Shown here: piece by piece, positions 59,077 through 64,000 of the stretch
Layout: each line of letters begins with the position of its first letter
Numbering within the stretch: the stretch's first letter is position 1
Source of the DNA: Bacteroidales bacterium UBA6360
Lineage (GTDB): Bacteria; Bacteroidota; Bacteroidia; Bacteroidales; UBA932
Direction of reading: 5' to 3'
Assembly: GCA_002440085.1 (NCBI GenBank)
Contig: DJRM01000046.1
Location: forward strand, 10,934-74,933
Length of the DNA: 64,000 bases
The notes under the pieces: generated by a model
Told to the model about the DNA's origin: nothing
Database searches by the model: none
Seen by the model: the letters and a program-made list of their open reading frames with translations, nothing else
Made by a program: the position numbers and the translations under genes

Positions 59077-60663
59077 CTACTCCTTTGCATACCGGGCGAA
59101 AGCCTGCTCTATCACACTCCGCCTGTTCGGGCAGGTCTTTATCAGGGAGGCCTTGAACGCCGCGAGAGACGTCGTGTCACCGTTCAAAGAGGTGAAGATG
59201 CTTCCTCGGGTCACGCCGCGCTCGCCGATATATTTCAGAATCTGAGGTTTGAACCAGTAGTATTCACCTGCGTCGGACAGGCGTCCGCTGTAACGGTCCT
59301 TCTGCATCAGGCTCTGGAGATAATAGGCCCACATCTCGCCGACTTCGCAGTAGCCGGCGCCGTCCTCCTTCCCCGTGCCGTAGGTCGAACCGCTCGCCAC
59401 GAAGGACGTGAGGATGTACTCGACATACTTGTTCCAGTAACTGTTGCCGACCTTGGAATAGTGGCTTGCATGGGCAAGCTCGTGGTTCACGACGTTGTAT
59501 ATGGACTTGTAGTCGTTCTTTCCCGACAGTCCGAGCGTGATGTCCGGCGCGAACAGCTTGACTAAAAGCGCATACGGGCCGAGGAACCCAGAGATAAGAG
59601 GATGGCTGACCACCGCGCCCTGGTGTATCATCGGAGTGCTGCTCGCCTCAAGATCGGCAAGAAGCCATATCCGCAGGTCTTTCGGAGGCTCGCTGATGTT
59701 CATGTCCTTCCTGTCGCAGCGTCCTATGTAGTCATATACGGCATTGTTGACGACGCATCTTCGGAACAGCTTGTCGTCCGAGTCCTTAGTGACGGTCATG
59801 CTTATTCCGTCCGGTTCGGCCTTGCCGAGAGTGGAAACTGACGCCGGAACAAGTATCAGATTGAGACCTATGGCAAAGTTCTTCTCGTTCTTGAACACGA
59901 TGCGGTAGCGAATCTTCGAGGAAAACTCCTTGTTCATCGTGTAGTAGCCGTCCCTGTCCGTATAGGCATGCGCGAATTTCACAAATGCGTTGCAGCTCAC
60001 CCTGACTCCGGCTATTCCGAACGGCTTGCCGCCATTGGCGTTGTTGTCCACAATGGTCAGCCTTCCGGACGGGGTGACACGGCCGCCCTTTGTGGCAGTC
60101 CCCGTCTCCGCAAGCATGCCAGCATTGCCTGTGAGTTCGTAAGACTTGCGTTCCACAGCGTCCCAGTCGATTCCGTCCCCGGCCTTGGTCGATGAATCAT
60201 GCGCGGCGATGTAGCATTCGTGCAGAATCTGGTACTTCACATCCGGAAAGTCGAAGTCCTTCGGCACCACGGCATACTGCCAGGTAATGTCCTCGTCCTC
60301 GACAGAAGGGTCGTGATACCAGTCGCCCTCCTTCACGATTTCATAATCAACAGGGTGATCCAAAAGTTCGATGCCAAGAGACTTCAGATAATCAAATTCA
60401 TCCTGGTCGGCAGGAAGGAAACGGACATAATAGTCCGTGGTCTCGACATTCACGCGGTCGGCCTTGGTCGGATAAAGGGCGGCAAGCGCCTTCGTCACAT
60501 TCTCGGTCTTGTACGGATCATCCAACTGACGCCCGAGAACGATGGCATCGTGAGACAGATCATCCCCATATCGGACGGCGGAGCTGTCGCCGTTTCCGAG
60601 GTCAACTCTTTCGCAGGACAATAATGTCACAGCAGCCCCGAAAAGCAATAGAAAACGTTTCAT
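59077..60663 (-). CDS. Lipoprotein, putative zinc metalloprotease (HEXXH plus downstream E)
   Basis: LLS-C lipobox; VNHELAHASH at 59461-59490 and GEMWA about 45 aa later. First gene of the pilus operon, with TAGCTTTG at 60690-60697. Confidence 0.65.
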   Translation of the reverse strand: MKRFLLLFGAAVTLLSCERVDLGNGDSSAVRYGDDLSHDAIVLGRQLDDPYKTENVTKALAALYPTKADRVNVETTDYYVRFLPADQDEFDYLKSLGIELLDHPVDYEIVKEGDWYHDPSVEDEDITWQYAVVPKDFDFPDVKYQILHECYIAAHDSSTKAGDGIDWDAVERKSYELTGNAGMLAETGTATKGGRVTPSGRLTIVDNNANGGKPFGIAGVRVSCNAFVKFAHAYTDRDGYYTMNKEFSSKIRYRIVFKNEKNFAIGLNLILVPASVSTLGKAEPDGISMTVTKDSDDKLFRRCVVNNAVYDYIGRCDRKDMNISEPPKDLRIWLLADLEASSTPMIHQGAVVSHPLISGFLGPYALLVKLFAPDITLGLSGKNDYKSIYNVVNHELAHASHYSKVGNSYWNKYVEYILTSFVASGSTYGTGKEDGAGYCEVGEMWAYYLQSLMQKDRYSGRLSDAGEYYWFKPQILKYIGERGVTRGSIFTSLNGDTTSLAAFKASLIKTCPNRRSVIEQAFARYAKE

Positions 60664-60813
60664 AGCATATCGTTTTTAAAATTTCGGGGCAAAGCTAAAT
60701 GCAATTAGCCGTTGAATGAAACATTCAGCGGCTAATCTTCAAAACAGGCCACACAGAGCATTCTGAGGGCTATTTTTCTGTTTATTTTCTTAAAAGTTCG
60801 CGCAAACTTTCAA

Positions 60814-61704
60814 TTAAAAATATGCAACTGTCTTCTGCTCTGCAACAGACAAAATGCTGTTTGCAACGCGGCTGACGCCAAATCTGAACAGATCCTTGTT
60901 GAGCCAGTCCTTGCCAAGAACCGCTGACACGATCAAATAATAACAAATAGCGTCTTTTGCGGAAGAAATTCCGCCGGCAGGCTTGAATCCGACCTTTTTT
61001 CCTGTCTTCTCATGGAATTTCGCGATGCACTGGCACATCACGAACGCGGCCATCGGAGTGGCATTCACGTCCACCTTACCTGTCGAGGTCTTGATGAAGT
61101 CGGCACCGGCCTCCATGGCGAGGAACGAGGCATTCGCGATGTTCTCGGCAGAAACGAGAAGCCCGGTCTCAAGAATGACCTTAAGGTGCACCTCGCGTCC
61201 CTGTTTCTCGGCCACCTCGTCTATGCACTTTCTCACGGCGCGGATTTCTTCCGAGGCCCTTTCATAATCTCCGGCAAGGAAAGCATTGAGAGAGAGAACG
61301 ATATCCACTTCATCGGCTCCGTTCTCAACGGCCTTGGCGCATTCGAGAAGCTTCACTTCGAGAAAACTCTGTGAAGACGGGAAACAGGCCGAGACCACAG
61401 TTATGTGGAAGTCACCCTTCCGACAGTCACGCACCGTCGACGCGAAATTAGGATACACGCATACGGAAGCCGGATATGGCCAGCCGGGATAGCTTGCAGG
61501 AAAAGCGTTCACCTTCTCGACAAGCGCCGAGACTGAAGCCTCCGTGTCATTGGTCTTGAGAGAAGTAAGGTCAAGCATCGAGAAACATTTCTTGAGAATG
61601 TCCTCTGTCAGAAACCCGTCGACATTCGCGGAAATATTGGCGATGGCCCCGTCAATTTCCGCTGTCTTCGGACAGTATCCGTATTTTTCGAGATAGTTTA
61701 CCAT
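60814..61704 (-). CDS. deoC: Deoxyribose-phosphate aldolase
   Basis: DLTSL, GADEVDIV, LKVILETG, FIKTSTGK and KPAGG. Confidence 0.95.
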   Translation of the reverse strand: MVNYLEKYGYCPKTAEIDGAIANISANVDGFLTEDILKKCFSMLDLTSLKTNDTEASVSALVEKVNAFPASYPGWPYPASVCVYPNFASTVRDCRKGDFHITVVSACFPSSQSFLEVKLLECAKAVENGADEVDIVLSLNAFLAGDYERASEEIRAVRKCIDEVAEKQGREVHLKVILETGLLVSAENIANASFLAMEAGADFIKTSTGKVDVNATPMAAFVMCQCIAKFHEKTGKKVGFKPAGGISSAKDAICYYLIVSAVLGKDWLNKDLFRFGVSRVANSILSVAEQKTVAYF

Positions 61705-61764
61705 TTATATTTTATTTATGAGTTTTCAGATTACTATAAAGATGCGTAATCATATCCAAGCGTT

Positions 61765-62526
61765 TCAGGCCTTGACCTGTACAATGAACCCTTCGTCGAC
61801 AAGAGGTTTCACGAATGAGGATATTTCATCGTATGAATATTTGCGGAGAGCCTTCTGCGGAGTCTCGCGGTCTATGGAATATGCCATGATTTCCCGAGGA
61901 TGAAGCTTTCTGACAATATCCGTCCATCTGGAGAGGACCTCCGGAGATGCCGAATCAAAATCATCGGAACGAAGGAACATCGTCTGGAGAATGAAATCGC
62001 CGTCGAATGCCATGAGGTTGTCCACTACCGTATCGAGGTCATAGATGCAGGACGGCTTGTTTATGTGGCCGGCAAGTTCGTTTGTCGGGGCATCAATTTT
62101 CATCACCGGGTTATCCGCCTTCTTCAGCGCGGCAAGCACGGCAGGCCTACCGCAGGTCGTCGCATTCGAGAGGACGGTGACTTTCGCCGTCGGGACATAT
62201 TCGTCCCGCAAGGCTATTGCGATGTCAAGGATCTCGGGAAAATGCGGATTCAGGGTCGGTTCTCCGTTCCCGGAAAACGTTATCGAGTCCAAAGGAGCGC
62301 CGTCCTTCGCAATCTTTTCCAAAGCCGTGCGCAGAGCAGTCTCAAAGGCGTTCACGGACGGGAACACTCCGTTGGATATGCCGTCACGGTTCCACCCGCA
62401 CTCGCAGTATATGCAGTCGAAATTGCACAACTTCCCAACTGCCGGAAGGATGTTCACTCCAAGCGACGAGCCGAGACGCCTGCTGTGTACAGGTCCGTAT
62501 ACTATGTTGTCAAAATGCAGCATCAC
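61765..62526 (-). CDS. Radical SAM protein
   Basis: YGPVHSRRLG.SLG, CNFDCIYCEC (CxxxCxxC) and TFSGNGEPT. Confidence 0.9.
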   Translation of the reverse strand: MMLHFDNIVYGPVHSRRLGSSLGVNILPAVGKLCNFDCIYCECGWNRDGISNGVFPSVNAFETALRTALEKIAKDGAPLDSITFSGNGEPTLNPHFPEILDIAIALRDEYVPTAKVTVLSNATTCGRPAVLAALKKADNPVMKIDAPTNELAGHINKPSCIYDLDTVVDNLMAFDGDFILQTMFLRSDDFDSASPEVLSRWTDIVRKLHPREIMAYSIDRETPQKALRKYSYDEISSFVKPLVDEGFIVQVKA

Positions 62527-63356
62527 CTTAATCTTGCCGATGTGTCTCGGGAAGGAAGGAACTTCCGCATCCTTGCCTTGCCGGCTGCCGGCTGTTCTTC
62601 TATAAGTTTCAGTTCGCGGGATTGGTTCAGCTCAGCCTTGACAGGTTCAACATCTGTTTTCCTCGACATCCCGGACTTCTCTTTTCCGCCGGTTTTAATG
62701 GTGTCGGACCGCGGCGTTTCCTTTGAGGAATCCGGCGGGGCGGCGACACCGAAACTGTCCGGAGCAATGGAAAGACTGTCTGAAGCCGCTGCAAGCGTGT
62801 CACGAATGACAAGCATCGCAGGACCGTCATAAGTCGTGTCGCATGTCCTTACGAAACGGAAATCCATGAATCCGAGAGAATCCAGTCCGACGACCAGGCT
62901 GTCAGAAGGGGTGCTCCTTATCATGCAACGCATCAGCGAATCCACGTTCAGACGTACAAGATTCCTGAGCGAATCGAGTCTTCTGCTCTCCCTCAGAGCC
63001 TCCTCACGCGCATTCTTCTCGGCCTTGAGATCCGTGAGCCTGCCGTTCAGAATCTCAGAAGTCCTGCGCAGAATCCTCGAATAGCGTGCAGGATCCCTCA
63101 TGTAGACATCGACGCTGTTCAGATAATCATCGTAGGTATATCCATATTTCTCAAGCACAGGAGCATACACCAACGAAGTGTCAGCCTCACGCCTGAGCGA
63201 GCGGTTGTCGTCGAGCCATTGGTCAAGAACGTACATCTCGGCATATATCTCCGACATCTTCTCCTTCGGGATGACGCGCTCCTTCTTCCCGCAGGAAGCG
63301 AGTGAGAACCCGACGACAAGCGTCAGGACAACGATATATGCCGGAGACCTCTTCAC
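62523..63356 (-). CDS. DUF4296-like lipoprotein
   Basis: LAS-C lipobox, VIPKEKMSEIYAEMY..D and VLEKYGYT...SVDVY; low-complexity tail. Confidence 0.65.
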   Translation of the reverse strand: MKRSPAYIVVLTLVVGFSLASCGKKERVIPKEKMSEIYAEMYVLDQWLDDNRSLRREADTSLVYAPVLEKYGYTYDDYLNSVDVYMRDPARYSRILRRTSEILNGRLTDLKAEKNAREEALRESRRLDSLRNLVRLNVDSLMRCMIRSTPSDSLVVGLDSLGFMDFRFVRTCDTTYDGPAMLVIRDTLAAASDSLSIAPDSFGVAAPPDSSKETPRSDTIKTGGKEKSGMSRKTDVEPVKAELNQSRELKLIEEQPAAGKARMRKFLPSRDTSARLR

Positions 63357-63360
63357 CGCA

Positions 63361-64000
63361 CTATCTCAGCGTCGCGCCGTTCTCATTCTGGAATGAAGAG
63401 AGCAGCTTCTGCATGATTCTCTCGACATCCGCGTCCGTGAGGGTCTTGTCAAGGTCCTGAAGCACGAAGCTCAGTGCATACTGCTTCTTGCCCTGAGGAA
63501 TCTTGTCTCCCTTGTAGACATCGAAGAGCGAAACGCTCTTCAGCATCTTCTTGCCGGCCCTGTACGCTGTCCGGCGAAGGTCGGCAAAGCTGACGTTCTC
63601 GTCGAGCAGAAGCGCGAGGTCACGGCGAACTTCCGGATACTTAGGAAGTTCCCTGTAGCTGATTTTATCTCTCTTCACGAGTTCAAAGAGGACAGGCCAG
63701 TTAATTTCGGCGGCGAAAACAGGCTGCCTGATGCCGAACTTCCGAAGAAGAGGCTGTGCGACCACGCCAAGAACCGCGAGCTGACGGTGGCTGCCCGGAA
63801 GCAGATATGTCTGTCCGTCAGAGAAGATATCAGCAGGCGCATCGGCCGTCTCCATCTGGTAGAGATCCGCGCCGAAACGCTTCAGAAGCGCTTCCACATA
63901 GCCTTTGAGCTGGAAAAAGCTGCCCTTTCCGGAATCGGTTCTCCATGATTTCTCCGGAGTCCCCGAAATGAACATCGCATAGCACTGGTGCTCGTCTATG
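63361..64000 (-). CDS. pheT: Phenylalanine--tRNA ligase beta subunit, C-terminal part (5' end outside the window)
   Basis: FDX-ACB domain: PKYPEVRRDLAL, LFDVYKG and KTLTDADV...GATLR. Confidence 0.93.
   Translation of the reverse strand, partial: IDEHQCYAMFISGTPEKSWRTDSGKGSFFQLKGYVEALLKRFGADLYQMETADAPADIFSDGQTYLLPGSHRQLAVLGVVAQPLLRKFGIRQPVFAAEINWPVLFELVKRDKISYRELPKYPEVRRDLALLLDENVSFADLRRTAYRAGKKMLKSVSLFDVYKGDKIPQGKKQYALSFVLQDLDKTLTDADVERIMQKLLSSFQNENGATLR

Noticed and set aside
54573..60663. Pilus locus as a tRNA-Leu-integrated genomic island
   Set aside because: It lies on the 5' side of the tRNA, and I saw no integrase or duplicated tRNA 3' end.

Overview
This is a chromosomal window from a fairly GC-rich Bacteroidales bacterium. 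The evidence is recurring TAnnTTTG -7 promoter motifs, a Bacteroidota-type gene set and many lipoproteins. An uncultured gut/rumen lineage such as Ca. Cryptobacteroides is my unverified guess. Most of the window is housekeeping: rplM-rpsI-rpsB-tsf, pfkA, dusB, lpxK, aromatic amino-acid genes, coaE, a lolE-like permease, tonB-like, udk, asnS, phoA-like, exbB/exbD/exbD, ansA, tatD, dprA, queA, rsmF, an S41 protease, a dCMP deaminase, an acyl-CoA ligase, ridA, rpmF, typA, deoC, pheT (partial), tRNA-Arg(CCT) and tRNA-Leu(CAG). There are three surface-fibre loci of the Bacteroidales type V pilus kind. (1) A pilin-like lipoprotein lies next to a lipoprotein RGH-type nuclease that is missing from the ORF track. 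(2) A 7-gene pilus operon is divergent from a SusR/DUF6377-like regulator, with phased direct repeats and a C9 tract in the promoter region. (3) A 5-gene pilus operon is headed by a HEXXH...E zinc-metalloprotease-like lipoprotein, which I propose as a candidate dedicated processing protease (inference); most pilins here carry a Thr-Lys motif at the presumed cleavage site. Also noted: a modular family of intergenic inverted-repeat (MITE/REP-like) elements, an uncharacterised 3-gene cassette, and low-complexity in-frame insertions in several housekeeping enzymes. I saw no CRISPR array, integrase, transposase or reverse transcriptase. Family assignments come from motif recognition, not database searches.
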